Assembly: GCA_965248925.1 (NCBI GenBank)
Contig: CBDFLE010000006.1
Coordinates: 2,528,001-2,592,000 of the forward strand
DNA length: 64,000 nucleotides
Reading direction: 5' to 3'
Origin: Candidatus Multivoradales bacterium
Lineage (GTDB): Bacteria; Acidobacteriota; Thermoanaerobaculia; Multivoradales; J023
Translations under genes and position numbers: made by a program
Notes under the pieces: model-generated
The model's input: the letters and a program-made list of their open reading frames with translations, nothing else
Told to the model about the DNA's origin: nothing
Databases searched by the model: none
In this document: in pieces, positions 38,503-48,447 of the stretch
Position numbering within the stretch: position 1 is the first letter of the stretch
Layout: each line of letters opens with the position of its first letter

Positions 38503-41500
38503 TCAGCGGCCGGCCGCTAGCAGCTGCCGAGCGCGTAGCTGATCGGGAGACCTGGAGCGGGGATGGCTGGCGACCAACCGATCCAGCACCCGCAGGGCTT
38601 TGGCTGCCAAATCGGGCTGTTGCCGCCAAAGCGCGGCCAGATCGAGCGCCGCTCGCAGCTCCAGCGCCACTTGACCGCGCATCCGGGCCCGGTGCAAGGC
38701 ACGAAGGAACGCAGCCTCGGCGCGCTCTCGTTCCGGCTTCGGCAACTGCAAGACCAAGGTGCCCTCCAAGCGATGAATCTCCGGCTCCCAAAAGCCATCG
38801 CCACCGTGCTCGATGGCTTGACGAGCTTCTTCGAGTGCCGCCAAGCCCTCCTGCGGACGGCCAGCCAGGCCCTGGGCCTCCGCCAGCTGGGCGAGAAAGT
38901 ACGGCCGGAAGCACTCGGAACCGATGGCGCGAAAACTGTCGAGCACTCCAGAGATACGGCCAATACCTGCCTCGGCATGGCCTTCGAGCGCCAAAGCCCA
39001 ACCTCCGAGAACCGTGCCAACACCGTGCAAAAAGGCAAAGTCGTGATCGGTGCAGAAGCGCACCGATTCGCGGGCCAGCAACCTGACCTGCTGGTGATCG
39101 CGCCGCAATTGGTGAACCCAGGCGTGTAGGGTTAGGGCAAAGGCTCGGCTGAAAGGATGGGCAAGCCGCTCGGCCAGAGCCGAAGCCTGGTCAACCAACG
39201 CGATCGCTTCTTGGTCCTCGCCCAAGGTCCACAACGCCCACGCGCCGTAGTCGAGTGCCGCCACCTTCGGGTGCTGACCCTGGGAGAAGACAGCCTCTAC
39301 CCGCCGCTCTGATCCGTCAGCCAATGCATCGTAGATCTCCAAACTACGACTCAGATGTTCCCACGCCGGGCGACTTTCGCCCTGGAACAACCAGCACGTG
39401 CCGCGAGCATATTCGGCCAGTACCCGGAAGGGCTGATCGCCACGACTCTTGGCGAGGTCGAGAAACTGCTCCGCCAGCTGGCTGGCAAAGTGAAAATCGC
39501 CGCGGACAATGTGAAAGCGCCACAGGCCGAGGAGAATCGGTAGCAAGAGCTGTTCCCCGTCCGCCCGTTGACACAAGGCCCGCGCTCGGGCGAAAGACTT
39601 GCCCACCTCCGGTGCCGCATAGCCGCGACTCATCAGGTAGTTGGCTCCACAGTCGACATGCAGCTCGATCTCCAGATGCAGTAAGTCAGCCGTCGACTGC
39701 AGGGTGCCGATAAGTTCCAGAGCCTCGGCAACGAATGCCTCAGCTTCCCGATTGGCACAGCTGGCAAGCGCTTCCCGGCCCGCTTGCGCCAAGTAGCGCA
39801 CGGCGCATTCGGTAGCCTGCGAATCCGCCGCGTCGGCCGCTTGTGACCAATGGTGAGCCAAGGCAGACACCCGGTCTAGGGCCAAGCGCTCAATCGCCTC
39901 GGCGACGCGGCGATGGTGCTCGCGCTTCAGACTCGCCGGCAGACTCAACAACAACGCCTGGCGTAAGCGGTCGTGGCTAAATCGCCAGTGCTGGCCCTCA
40001 GCTTCGAGCACAGCGACCTCGGAGCAGGCGTGCAACCAGCCCTCAACATCGATCTCCCCGGCAAATTCCGCCAACAACTGCAAATCCAGTTCACGACCAG
40101 CCACCGCCGCCAGCTGCAGCAAAGGCCGATAGCTGCGAGGTACTTGATCGAGCCGGCGCTGGATTACCCTGCGGATCCCGCCGGTGGAAATGTTCTGCGG
40201 CAAGTCGAACTCGCCAACCCGATCGAGACGCCCCGCCTCTTCCGCCAGAGCACGCATGATTTCGACCAAGAAAAAAGCGTTGCCTTCGGTTTCTCGGCGC
40301 AACAGCTCGAGCACTTGCGGCTGACGACCGCCGCGGCCGAGGATTGACTCACTGAGTTCGGCGATTGACTCCGATCCCAAACGACCGAGTTTCATCACCT
40401 CGGCTCCAGGCACCGCGGCCGGCAGCTCCGGCGCCTCGTCATCGCGAAAGCTGGCCACGATCAACAGCGGCAGGCGACGCGCCAAGGACTCCAGGTGGTC
40501 GAGCAGCACTAGGCTCTCACTACCGGTCCAATGCACATCCTCGAGAATCGCTACCACGGGTTGCTGGAGAGTCTCAAGCAGTTCGCCAACTACCTGCAGC
40601 ACCAGACGGCGGGTGGCCCGTGGGTCGAGATTGGGGGGCTCGGGTATGGGTCGACCGAGCAGCTCGTCAAGATCCGGAACAATGGTTTTGAGAGCGCTGG
40701 CTCGCCGATTGTCGGCATTCCCGAGCAACGCCAGCCAGCGAGCCGCCGGTCGCCACACTTCGTAGGGCTCCCCCCCTCCTTGCACCGCTTGCCCACTGAC
40801 CACCAGGGTACCCTCGACCAAACTCAGAGAACGAAGCTCCTCGAGCAAGCGCGACTTGCCAACCCCACTTTCGCCACCGACCAACAACACCCTGCCGCGC
40901 CCCTTGATCGCCTCTTCCAGATACCCTCTGAGCTGCTGGACCTCCTGGTCACGGCCGACTAACTTGGCCGCGCTGAGAAAACTCTCACGAATTTCCAAGC
41001 TCTTCCCTGGCAGCTCCATTTCAAGTGCTCCGGCGAGGGTGGTGATGACGTCGTTGGCGGTGTCGAAGCGTTCCCGCGGACTCTTCGCCAACAACCGTTC
41101 GATGATCGGAATCAAGCGGGCATCAAACTCGGTGGTCGACAGTGACGGCGGGTCGTTGACCGCCTTCATCATCATTGCCGGCAGACTCTCCGCATAGTGG
41201 GGATGGCGGCCGGCAAAGAGTTCGTAAGCCATGACGCCGGCAGAATAGAGATCGCTGCTCAGGCTGGCCGGCTCTCCTCGCAGCAGTTCCGGCGCCATGT
41301 AGGGCACCGTTCCGGACATCGAAGTGCTGCGAGTGACGTGATCACTGAATTCGGAAATACCAAAATCGACTAGCTTTACTTGTTCTCCATCGACAATCAC
41401 ATTGCCCGGCTTGATGTCGCGATGGATAACCCCTCGGCGATGCAGGTAGGCCAATGCCTGAAACATCTGCAACAGCAAGCCGACCTGGGCCCGCAGGCCG

Positions 41501-41832
41501 AGCTGCCCTCCCGCGTCGAGTAGATTGAGCGGCTCCTCAACCAACTCCATGGTGTAGAAGGGCCGTCGCATATCGTCGAAGCCATAGTCCAGAACACTGA
41601 TGATGTTGGGATGGCGCAACGATGCCAACAGGCGAAATTCGCGCGCTAGCTTGAGTCGATCATTGGTCTTGGCGCCTGCCTCGCTAAGCCGCAGGCTGCC
41701 GGAATCGGCAACCGGCGCAGACACCTGCTTAAGCGCCACTTGCTGGCCGGTGAGACGGTCAATCGCTCGATAGACAGTACCCATCCCACCACTGCCAAGC
41801 TCGTCTATCAGTTGATACTGCTTGCCTATCAT
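38503..41832 (-). CDS. Ser/Thr kinase - AAA ATPase - TPR multidomain protein
   Basis: LGSGGMGTVY, HRDIKPGN, DFG, YMAPE; GESGVGKSRL; LEDVHW; helical C-terminus. Start probably ATG 41832. Confidence 0.92.
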   Translation of the reverse strand: MIGKQYQLIDELGSGGMGTVYRAIDRLTGQQVALKQVSAPVADSGSLRLSEAGAKTNDRLKLAREFRLLASLRHPNIISVLDYGFDDMRRPFYTMELVEEPLNLLDAGGQLGLRAQVGLLLQMFQALAYLHRRGVIHRDIKPGNVIVDGEQVKLVDFGISEFSDHVTRSTSMSGTVPYMAPELLRGEPASLSSDLYSAGVMAYELFAGRHPHYAESLPAMMMKAVNDPPSLSTTEFDARLIPIIERLLAKSPRERFDTANDVITTLAGALEMELPGKSLEIRESFLSAAKLVGRDQEVQQLRGYLEEAIKGRGRVLLVGGESGVGKSRLLEELRSLSLVEGTLVVSGQAVQGGGEPYEVWRPAARWLALLGNADNRRASALKTIVPDLDELLGRPIPEPPNLDPRATRRLVLQVVGELLETLQQPVVAILEDVHWTGSESLVLLDHLESLARRLPLLIVASFRDDEAPELPAAVPGAEVMKLGRLGSESIAELSESILGRGGRQPQVLELLRRETEGNAFFLVEIMRALAEEAGRLDRVGEFDLPQNISTGGIRRVIQRRLDQVPRSYRPLLQLAAVAGRELDLQLLAEFAGEIDVEGWLHACSEVAVLEAEGQHWRFSHDRLRQALLLSLPASLKREHHRRVAEAIERLALDRVSALAHHWSQAADAADSQATECAVRYLAQAGREALASCANREAEAFVAEALELIGTLQSTADLLHLEIELHVDCGANYLMSRGYAAPEVGKSFARARALCQRADGEQLLLPILLGLWRFHIVRGDFHFASQLAEQFLDLAKSRGDQPFRVLAEYARGTCWLFQGESRPAWEHLSRSLEIYDALADGSERRVEAVFSQGQHPKVAALDYGAWALWTLGEDQEAIALVDQASALAERLAHPFSRAFALTLHAWVHQLRRDHQQVRLLARESVRFCTDHDFAFLHGVGTVLGGWALALEGHAEAGIGRISGVLDSFRAIGSECFRPYFLAQLAEAQGLAGRPQEGLAALEEARQAIEHGGDGFWEPEIHRLEGTLVLQLPKPERERAEAAFLRALHRARMRGQVALELRAALDLAALWRQQPDLAAKALRVLDRLVASHPRSRSPDQLRARQLLAAGR

Positions 41833-42085
41833 CTGTGACTCCCACACAAATTGACTCAGTAAAGCCCTCTCGATCACCCATCGGAATTGGGCTGCCCCGG
41901 TGGTGGACTGACTCAATCAAGAGCGGTTATTGGGCCATTCTGGTCTTTCGCACCCATCAAGGCAAACCTGCGGTCCTCGGGCAAGGGCCTTGGTGAAACA
42001 GCAAAGCGGCGTCGGGATTCACGTATGGGAGTAGAAAACTTATCTCGGTGAAACCTGCTGGCCGCGCACCGTTAACGACGATAGA

Positions 42086-43234
42086 ATGACTGTCTGGCCA
42101 GAATCAGCAGTTCCTAGGAAGCCCGTGTCACCCCATACCGCCGCCCCAAGCCCCGCCGGCTCCTGTCACCTGGAAATCGACGACCTTCCCCTCGATTTGC
42201 AGTTTGGCGGCCGGCTGGAACAATTGCAGATTCGCTGGGAGAGTTGGGGGGAACTCGACGCGAAGCGCGCAAACGCGATTCTCGTCTGCCCTGCCTTCTC
42301 AGCGGACTCCCACGCCAATTCCCACCGCGAAGACCTCGCCGCGGGTTGGTGGGAAGGAATGATTGGCCCCGGCAAAGCACTCGACTCCGAGCGCTATTTC
42401 GTGCTCTGCCCATCCCTGCTCGGAGGCACCCGGGGTACCACCGGTCCCCTATCGATCAACCCAGCCAACGGTCGGGCCTTTGCCAGCTCCTTTCCGGTGA
42501 TCTCTGTGCGCGATATCGTCGCCGTTCACTTGCGCCTCCTAAAGCGCCTGGGAATTGACCGGCTGACAGCGGTCATCGGCGGCTCGCTGGGCGCCATGGA
42601 GGTCCTCGAGCTAGCAATCCACCATCCCGGTCTGGCCCATCGGGCGATCGCGATCTCTGGCACCGATGCCACCCGCCCTTTCACCGCCGCGATTCGTCAC
42701 CTGGGCCGCCGCGCGATCCAGCTCGACCCCAACTACCTCGGCGGCGAGTATGGGGACCGGCCACCCTACAAGGGCGTGTCCTTGGCACGGGAGATAGGCA
42801 CTCTCTTCTACCGCTCGCGCAGCGAATTCAACCAGCGCTTCGATTGGCCGCCAATCAATCCCCCAAGTCCCGAGGGGATCACTTTCGATGTCGAGTCCTA
42901 CCTCGAGTATCAAGGCGAGAAAGGTGCCGTGCAATTCGACCCTAATTCCTATCTCTCGCTGTCCTTGGCAATGGACCTGCACAACGTCTGGGAAGGGCCG
43001 GCCAGCCGCGCTGATTTGCTAGCGGCGGTCGACTGTCGATTCTTGGTAGCCGGAGCCAATGAGGATCGGCTGATTCCGATCGACGAGCAGCGGTCCGTCC
43101 ACCAGCAGTTCGAGGCGGCGGGGATCGACAGCACCTTCAAGGGCTTCTGTAGCCCGATCGGTCACGATGCCTTTCTCGCAGATATCGACTTCATGACTGA
43201 AATGGTGAGCGACTACCTAAGTCGCACAGAGTAG
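42086..43234 (+). CDS. metX: MetX-family homoserine/serine O-acyltransferase
   Basis: GWWEGMIGPGKALD, GGSLG nucleophile elbow, GHDAFL. Confidence 0.85.
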   Translation: MTVWPESAVPRKPVSPHTAAPSPAGSCHLEIDDLPLDLQFGGRLEQLQIRWESWGELDAKRANAILVCPAFSADSHANSHREDLAAGWWEGMIGPGKALDSERYFVLCPSLLGGTRGTTGPLSINPANGRAFASSFPVISVRDIVAVHLRLLKRLGIDRLTAVIGGSLGAMEVLELAIHHPGLAHRAIAISGTDATRPFTAAIRHLGRRAIQLDPNYLGGEYGDRPPYKGVSLAREIGTLFYRSRSEFNQRFDWPPINPPSPEGITFDVESYLEYQGEKGAVQFDPNSYLSLSLAMDLHNVWEGPASRADLLAAVDCRFLVAGANEDRLIPIDEQRSVHQQFEAAGIDSTFKGFCSPIGHDAFLADIDFMTEMVSDYLSRTE

Positions 43235-43297
43235 ACCACTACGGAAGCCCACTACTCAACCAAAGCGTTCTTGGGCACCCTCGACCCGCTCGGCGGG

Positions 43298-45076
43298 CTA
43301 ACGCACCCGCGGCGGATATAGCGCAGCGATTTGTTCCCGATAACGCTGGGTAACCACCCGCCGCTTGATTTTCAATGTCGGCGTCAGCTCTCCAGATTCG
43401 ATCGTCAGCTCGCTGGCCAGCAAAACGAAGCGGCGTACGCGTTCATGCTCGGCAAGCTCGGCGTTGATCCGGCGTAGGATCTCATCGATCCTTTGCCGCG
43501 CCGCGGGCAGCTCGATCAGCTCGGCTGGCGCCAGCCCACGTTGGCCCAAATCCTCGGCCAGGCGATCAAAATCAGGTACCAGCAGTGCCGCCAGGTGCGG
43601 CTGACCGTCGCCAACCACCACCGCCTGGGCTATCAGACCGTTGCTGCTCAGGCGCCCTTCGATCGGCAAGGGCGCAACATTCTTTCCCCCTGAGGTTACC
43701 AGCAGATCTTTCTTGCGATCGGTGATGAAAAGGAAACCGGCGGCGTCGAGCCGACCTATGTCGCCAGTGCGCAGCCAGCCGTCTTGGTCCAGGCACTCAC
43801 GGCTGGCGGCCGGATTCTGCCAATAGCCCTTCATCACACCGGCGCTACGAACCAGGATCTCGCCGTCGTCTGCGAAGCGCAGTTCGACCCCGCGCAGAGG
43901 TCGGCCCACGGAGCCCAGCAGCTGTTGCCCAGGTGCGTTGCTGGTCAGCACCGGTGATGTCTCGGTCAAGCCGTAGCCTTGATAGATCGGCACTCCGGCG
44001 GCCTCAAACAACTCGGCGACTTGCCGCGCCAGTGGCGCCCCGCCCGAGATCCCTAGGCGCAACTCACCGCCAAAAAAATCGCGGATCTTGGCCAGTCCGA
44101 AGCGCAAAGCCAGACTATGTTGAAAGGCCAACAACGGACCCGCGAAGCCGCGGCGGCGGGCCGACGCGTAGCGTCCACCAACCCGCAGCGCCCAGCGAAA
44201 CAGGCGCTGCCGCCGTGCGGTCTGGCGCCGCAGCCTGGTCCGCGCTCGCTGGTCGATACGCTCGTAGATCCTCGGCACTGAAGTCAGCAAAGTCGGACGT
44301 TCGGAACTCAGTACCGACTGCAGCCGCTCGATCTTTGGCAGGTAGTGAATCGTCACCCCGCGATAGAAGCAGAGGTGGTCAACCGTGCGCTGATAGACAT
44401 GCGACAGCGGCAGAAACGAGATCGCCCGATCCTCTACTCCGGCAGGGAAGATCTCTGCGCAAGCGAGCATGTTGGAGACCAAGTTGCGCTGCGTCAGCAT
44501 CACCCCTTTGGGATCGCCGGTGGTGCCGCTGGTGTAGATGATGCTGGCCAAGTCGGTGGCACCCGCCCGGCCGCGGAAACGCTCTAAGGGAATCTCGCCA
44601 CGTCGCTCAGCGCCCTGGCCCATCAACCGGGTGATCGAGGCCCCTTCGGTCAGCGTGGCGTCAGCATCGAAAGCCACCCCCCGAGGTGTGTCGACCATGC
44701 CTTCTCCAAGTTCGCGCAGCAGGTCGCGCTTGTCGGCGTCGCTGTAGAACACCCAGCGACAGCCACTGTTGCGCAAGATATAACCCACTTGGTCGACAGG
44801 CAGATTGGGGTAGAGGGGCACGGTCACCGCCCCGACCAACTGACAGGCGAAGTCGGTAATATGCCACTCGGGGCGGTTCTCTGAGAAGATCGCCACCCGC
44901 TCCCCAGGTTCCAAGCCTTGAGCCTCGAGGGCCAGAGCCAGAGAGTGAATGCGGCCGACGAAGTCACTTGTCGACAATACCTCGCGCCGACTGCCCCAAC
45001 GCACCGAAACCAGCTCGGGCCGCCCGGCGGATAGCTGACGCACATGCAGCACCAAATCGCCCAGGGTACGGATCAT
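43298..45076 (-). CDS. Long-chain fatty acid--CoA ligase
   Basis: YTSGTTGDPKG, GYGLTE, RTGDIG, LTPTLKIKR. Confidence 0.93.
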   Translation of the reverse strand: MIRTLGDLVLHVRQLSAGRPELVSVRWGSRREVLSTSDFVGRIHSLALALEAQGLEPGERVAIFSENRPEWHITDFACQLVGAVTVPLYPNLPVDQVGYILRNSGCRWVFYSDADKRDLLRELGEGMVDTPRGVAFDADATLTEGASITRLMGQGAERRGEIPLERFRGRAGATDLASIIYTSGTTGDPKGVMLTQRNLVSNMLACAEIFPAGVEDRAISFLPLSHVYQRTVDHLCFYRGVTIHYLPKIERLQSVLSSERPTLLTSVPRIYERIDQRARTRLRRQTARRQRLFRWALRVGGRYASARRRGFAGPLLAFQHSLALRFGLAKIRDFFGGELRLGISGGAPLARQVAELFEAAGVPIYQGYGLTETSPVLTSNAPGQQLLGSVGRPLRGVELRFADDGEILVRSAGVMKGYWQNPAASRECLDQDGWLRTGDIGRLDAAGFLFITDRKKDLLVTSGGKNVAPLPIEGRLSSNGLIAQAVVVGDGQPHLAALLVPDFDRLAEDLGQRGLAPAELIELPAARQRIDEILRRINAELAEHERVRRFVLLASELTIESGELTPTLKIKRRVVTQRYREQIAALYPPRVR

Positions 45077-45795
45077 CGCTCCTTAGACAACCCGGCTGGC
45101 TGCTTCTCGTCCCAGCGGTTGCCGAAAAGCGTGGTACCCACTCGAACATGGGTCGCGCCCTCTTCGATAGCAACTTCGAAATCGTGGCTCATGCCCATCG
45201 ACAGCCGGGGCAGGCGCTGGCGCCATTCCGGTCGTTGGACTAGTTCGTCGCGCAGCTTACGTAACTTGCGAAACCAACGACGCGAGTCCTGCGGATCTTG
45301 CTGATAGGGAGGCAGAGCCATCAAGCCGACGATGCGGAGGGCTTCGAAGGCCGCGCAAGGCTCCAGTACGGCGGCCAGTTCGTCAACAGAAAAACCTCTC
45401 TTGGTAGGTTCTGCGGCCAGGTTGACCTGCAAGAACCCATCGAGAATGCGGCCCTGGGCGTGGGCTTCACGATCCAACAGCCGAGCGATCTTCAGCCGGT
45501 CGACCGAATGGATGGTGCCGAACAACCGCACCGCTCGCTTGACCTTGTTGCTTTGCAGCGGACCGATCAGATGCCAATCGAGATCCACCGGCAGCTCGGC
45601 TGCCTTGGCCTGCGCCTCTTGGACCTGGCTTTCACCAAAGATGGTTAAGCCAGCAGCGGCGGCCTGCCGCAGCAACGCCAATGGTTGACGCTTGGAGACC
45701 CCGACCAACTCCACCGAGGACGGTGGCCGACCACTGCGAACGCAAGCCTGGCGGATCCGTTCTTCGACTGCCTGCAATCGCGCCGCGACGGTCAC
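45073..45795 (-). CDS. yggS: PLP homeostasis protein YggS
   Basis: VSK, WHLIGPLQSNK, LSMGMSHDFEVAIEEGATHVRVGT. Confidence 0.95.
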   Translation of the reverse strand: MTVAARLQAVEERIRQACVRSGRPPSSVELVGVSKRQPLALLRQAAAAGLTIFGESQVQEAQAKAAELPVDLDWHLIGPLQSNKVKRAVRLFGTIHSVDRLKIARLLDREAHAQGRILDGFLQVNLAAEPTKRGFSVDELAAVLEPCAAFEALRIVGLMALPPYQQDPQDSRRWFRKLRKLRDELVQRPEWRQRLPRLSMGMSHDFEVAIEEGATHVRVGTTLFGNRWDEKQPAGLSKER

Positions 45796-45813
45796 CGCGC
45801 TAACTCCCTGGGC

Positions 45814-46563
45814 TCAAGACGCCTCTTCTTCAGTGATGATGTGCAGAATCCGCTTGCAACTGTCGCACTGGTTGACCGAGGCCTCATTGATGATCTGCAC
45901 CACCAGCTGCGGCCGCACCCGGTAGCTGCATACCGAGCAGAACCAGGTCGCGTTGTTGCCCCGCCGAGCTTCTACCCGCTGCACCGTCGACAAGGGGGTT
46001 GCGGTTAGGCGGTCACGCAAGCGGTCGAACAGGGCCAGGATCGGCCGCGGAATATCCTCGCGCAGCTTCTTGGTCTGCCGTCCCAGCTTCTTGACTTTGC
46101 GGGTTACCGAAGGCTTCTGCTTCTCCCACTTGGCGAGGTGCTCTTGGTATTCGCTATCGAGGTCGGTAAAACTGCTGCTCAGCTCTTCGATCTCTCCCTT
46201 CAGGGTCTCGTGACGCTCCAAAGCCTCGAGCGCCTGCTGCTCGAAAGTCGATACTTGCTCCTTGCTGGTATCGATCTCCTTGAGCAAGGCGCCGTATTCG
46301 CGTTGGGTGGAGACTTGGCTGATTTGCTCCTGGTATTTCTTCAGCTTCTCCTGCACTTCACCAGCGGCACCCTCGGCAGTGCGCCGCTCCAGGGCCGAGG
46401 CTTCGCTCTCCGCCTGCTTTTCGTCGATCTCAGCTTTCTGCACGCTGTGGCGCTGGTGCAGCTCTTCCATCCAGTCTGGAATCCCGGCCAGCAGGGCTGC
46501 GGCCTCGTCCATCTCGGTCAATCTTTGGTGTAGGGCGACAATCGAATCTAAATGGCCTGGCAT
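45814..46563 (-). CDS. Coiled-coil C4 zinc-ribbon protein (CT398/DUF164-like)
   Basis: Long coiled coil, REYGALLKEI, CSVC...CDSCKRIL. Confidence 0.88.
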   Translation of the reverse strand: MPGHLDSIVALHQRLTEMDEAAALLAGIPDWMEELHQRHSVQKAEIDEKQAESEASALERRTAEGAAGEVQEKLKKYQEQISQVSTQREYGALLKEIDTSKEQVSTFEQQALEALERHETLKGEIEELSSSFTDLDSEYQEHLAKWEKQKPSVTRKVKKLGRQTKKLREDIPRPILALFDRLRDRLTATPLSTVQRVEARRGNNATWFCSVCSYRVRPQLVVQIINEASVNQCDSCKRILHIITEEEAS

Positions 46564-46859
46564 GGTCGTCCGGCTCCATAGTCAAAAGGTTCGGCATGTC
46601 CCCATCCGTCCCCGGGTTGGTCTGGGCGAGTACTGACGAGTAGGCTGTCGGGCGGCGCGGAGCAAACGAAAAAGGCGCTCGCCGTGGAGCACCTCTGCAG
46701 TGAACTACAAGGCGGCGCGCTGGCCACCTGCCCGAACTGGTCGTGGCAGACGGTGGCGAGCATCTCCCCCTGGTCTCGTCGGCCCCGCCCTTGAGACACG
46801 CCGCACCAATTGAGCTGGCTCAGGCCGGTGGTTGCGGATCGATGTCGTCGGTGGCTCTT

Positions 46860-46990
46860 CATCCCTGTGTTTGCTATCCCTGTGTTTGCTATCCCTGCGC
46901 TTGTTATCCCTGCGCTTGCTATCCCTGTGCCTGTTGCCCCTGTGCTTACAATCCTCGTGTTCGCCAGAAGTCCGCTCACCAGAAGTCCGA
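46860..46990. repeat. Degenerate 15-bp tandem array next to the tRNA 3' end
   Basis: Units TATCCCTGYGYTTGY x5, two divergent units, then CAGAAGTCCG x2 in the same 15-bp register. Confidence 0.8.
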
Positions 46991-46992
46991 CG

Positions 46993-47068
46993 TGGTGGGT
47001 CCACCTGGGTTTGAACCAGGGACCAACCGGTTATGAGCCGGTCGCTCTAACCACTGAGCTATGGACCC
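46993..47068 (-). tRNA. tRNA with CAT anticodon, most likely tRNA-Ile2 (lysidine)
   Basis: GGGTCCATAGCTCAGTGGTTAGAGCGACCGGCTCATAACCGGTTGGTCCCTGGTTCAAACCCAGGTGGACCCACCA, 76 nt, paired G1-C72, encoded CCA. Confidence 0.95.
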
Positions 47069-47101
47069 AAATCGGCTCTTGGTCACGGGCCAGTGATTAT
47101 A

Positions 47102-48367
47102 TCAGGGAGGAGCGTCAACGCTACGCCCGGATCTTCCCACATCAGAAACCTGTTGCATCTCGCGGACAACATCTCGCGGTGTCTGCCTCGGATCCGAATG
47201 GCGCAACCAAATACGTTCGAGCTCAGCCGCCAGCTGGCGGTGGCGTTGCGGATCGTCGACCGGTTCGCTGCCGGTCTCGGTCCAGCGTTGCAATTGTTGC
47301 TGCGGCGGGTCAACTCCGGCACCATAGAGAGGCTGGGTGTCGAGAAACCCCCGCCGCCGCTGAGCGAGCGACAAGGAGCGCTGCGAGTCGGCCGCAGCCG
47401 TGTACCTCACCAGCCAAAGAAGCTGGAAATCGCCATCGACCAAGGAGAAGTGGTTGCTCTCGCCGCTGAAGTAGAGTTCAGAAAGAACCGGTTCCTCGAG
47501 GGGGTAGAACAAGCTCGGAGCTCTCCCCGGTTCGGCCTTGCCACCAGCGACCTCGACCAAGGTGGCCCACAGGCGGGTCGCCGCGACGCGCTGATAGGGT
47601 CGCGGCGCTAAACCAGCGGACAACGCCGAGGGCAAACTGATCAGCAACGGCACTTCAACAGCGCTACGGTCGAGTCGCGGCGCGGCGTCTGTGGGCCAAC
47701 CCTGCGCTCCCACCACCACCACTACCAGCGGCCGCTTGCTTGCGGCCCGTAGGGAGGGCAGCATGCCCGCCAAGCGCTGCCCGACCCGGTCAGCCCAAGC
47801 GCCGCGGGACAGCTCGCGGCCTCGGCGGCGCGGTACTACTAAGTGTAACCACTCGAAAATGGCTCGCGTCGTGACCGTCGAACTGTCGGTCACCACCGTG
47901 GGTAACTCCGCGGGGTCGCCGAAGCGAGCGAATCCGGCACTGAGCAAGTGGCGTCGACGGAAGGCAAGCGGCACTCGGGCCACCGTGTCATAACCCAATC
48001 CGGACAGCCGTTCGGCAAGGGTGGTAATGCCTACCTGCTCAACCGCCATTCTGCTAGCCAGCAGCTGGTGGTGCCAAACCCCGAGGCCGGTGTGGATCGA
48101 GGCCAGGGATGCCAGGGGTTCGCTCGACGACACAATCGCCCGGCCTTGCCAATCTTGCGCGGTGGCAAAGGCGTCGAGCGCGGCGTTTGTCGAGTTGGCC
48201 GCGGTGGCGGCAGACCAGCCTTCCACGGTGACCAACAAGATCGAAGGGAGTTCAGGTCGAGGAGGTGGACCGCGATGGCAGCCCAACACCGCCAAGCCGA
48301 GTACCGACCAGACCAGCCAGCAGAGCGGGCACACCGGGGCTGACCTTCTGCACCGCCAGGGGTTCAT
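47102..48367 (-). CDS. Degenerate sulfatase/alkaline-phosphatase-fold lipoprotein
   Basis: VLGC lipobox, PSILLVTVE, SLASIHTG, TLAERLSGLGYDT, VPLLI; no CxPxR motif. Confidence 0.6.
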   Translation of the reverse strand: MNPWRCRRSAPVCPLCWLVWSVLGLAVLGCHRGPPPRPELPSILLVTVEGWSAATAANSTNAALDAFATAQDWQGRAIVSSSEPLASLASIHTGLGVWHHQLLASRMAVEQVGITTLAERLSGLGYDTVARVPLAFRRRHLLSAGFARFGDPAELPTVVTDSSTVTTRAIFEWLHLVVPRRRGRELSRGAWADRVGQRLAGMLPSLRAASKRPLVVVVVGAQGWPTDAAPRLDRSAVEVPLLISLPSALSAGLAPRPYQRVAATRLWATLVEVAGGKAEPGRAPSLFYPLEEPVLSELYFSGESNHFSLVDGDFQLLWLVRYTAAADSQRSLSLAQRRRGFLDTQPLYGAGVDPPQQQLQRWTETGSEPVDDPQRHRQLAAELERIWLRHSDPRQTPRDVVREMQQVSDVGRSGRSVDAPP

Positions 48368-48447
48368 CGACAGAGAATCATCGGCAGGGATTCATCCTCT
48401 GGCGCGGCCGCCGGCGTGTTGATCAGCGGCACCGTAGACCAACTACC

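Noticed and set aside
41940-42060. SAM or c-di-GMP riboswitch upstream of metX
   Set aside because: Only an isolated GGCAAACC; the remaining consensus and pairing are missing.
46860-46990. CRISPR array
   Set aside because: 15-bp head-to-tail units with no unique spacers and no cas genes.
46570-46990. RNase P RNA, T-box or lysine riboswitch
   Set aside because: Core motifs (GAGGAAAGUCC, GGUGGUACCGCG, paired lysine P1 ends) were not found on either strand.
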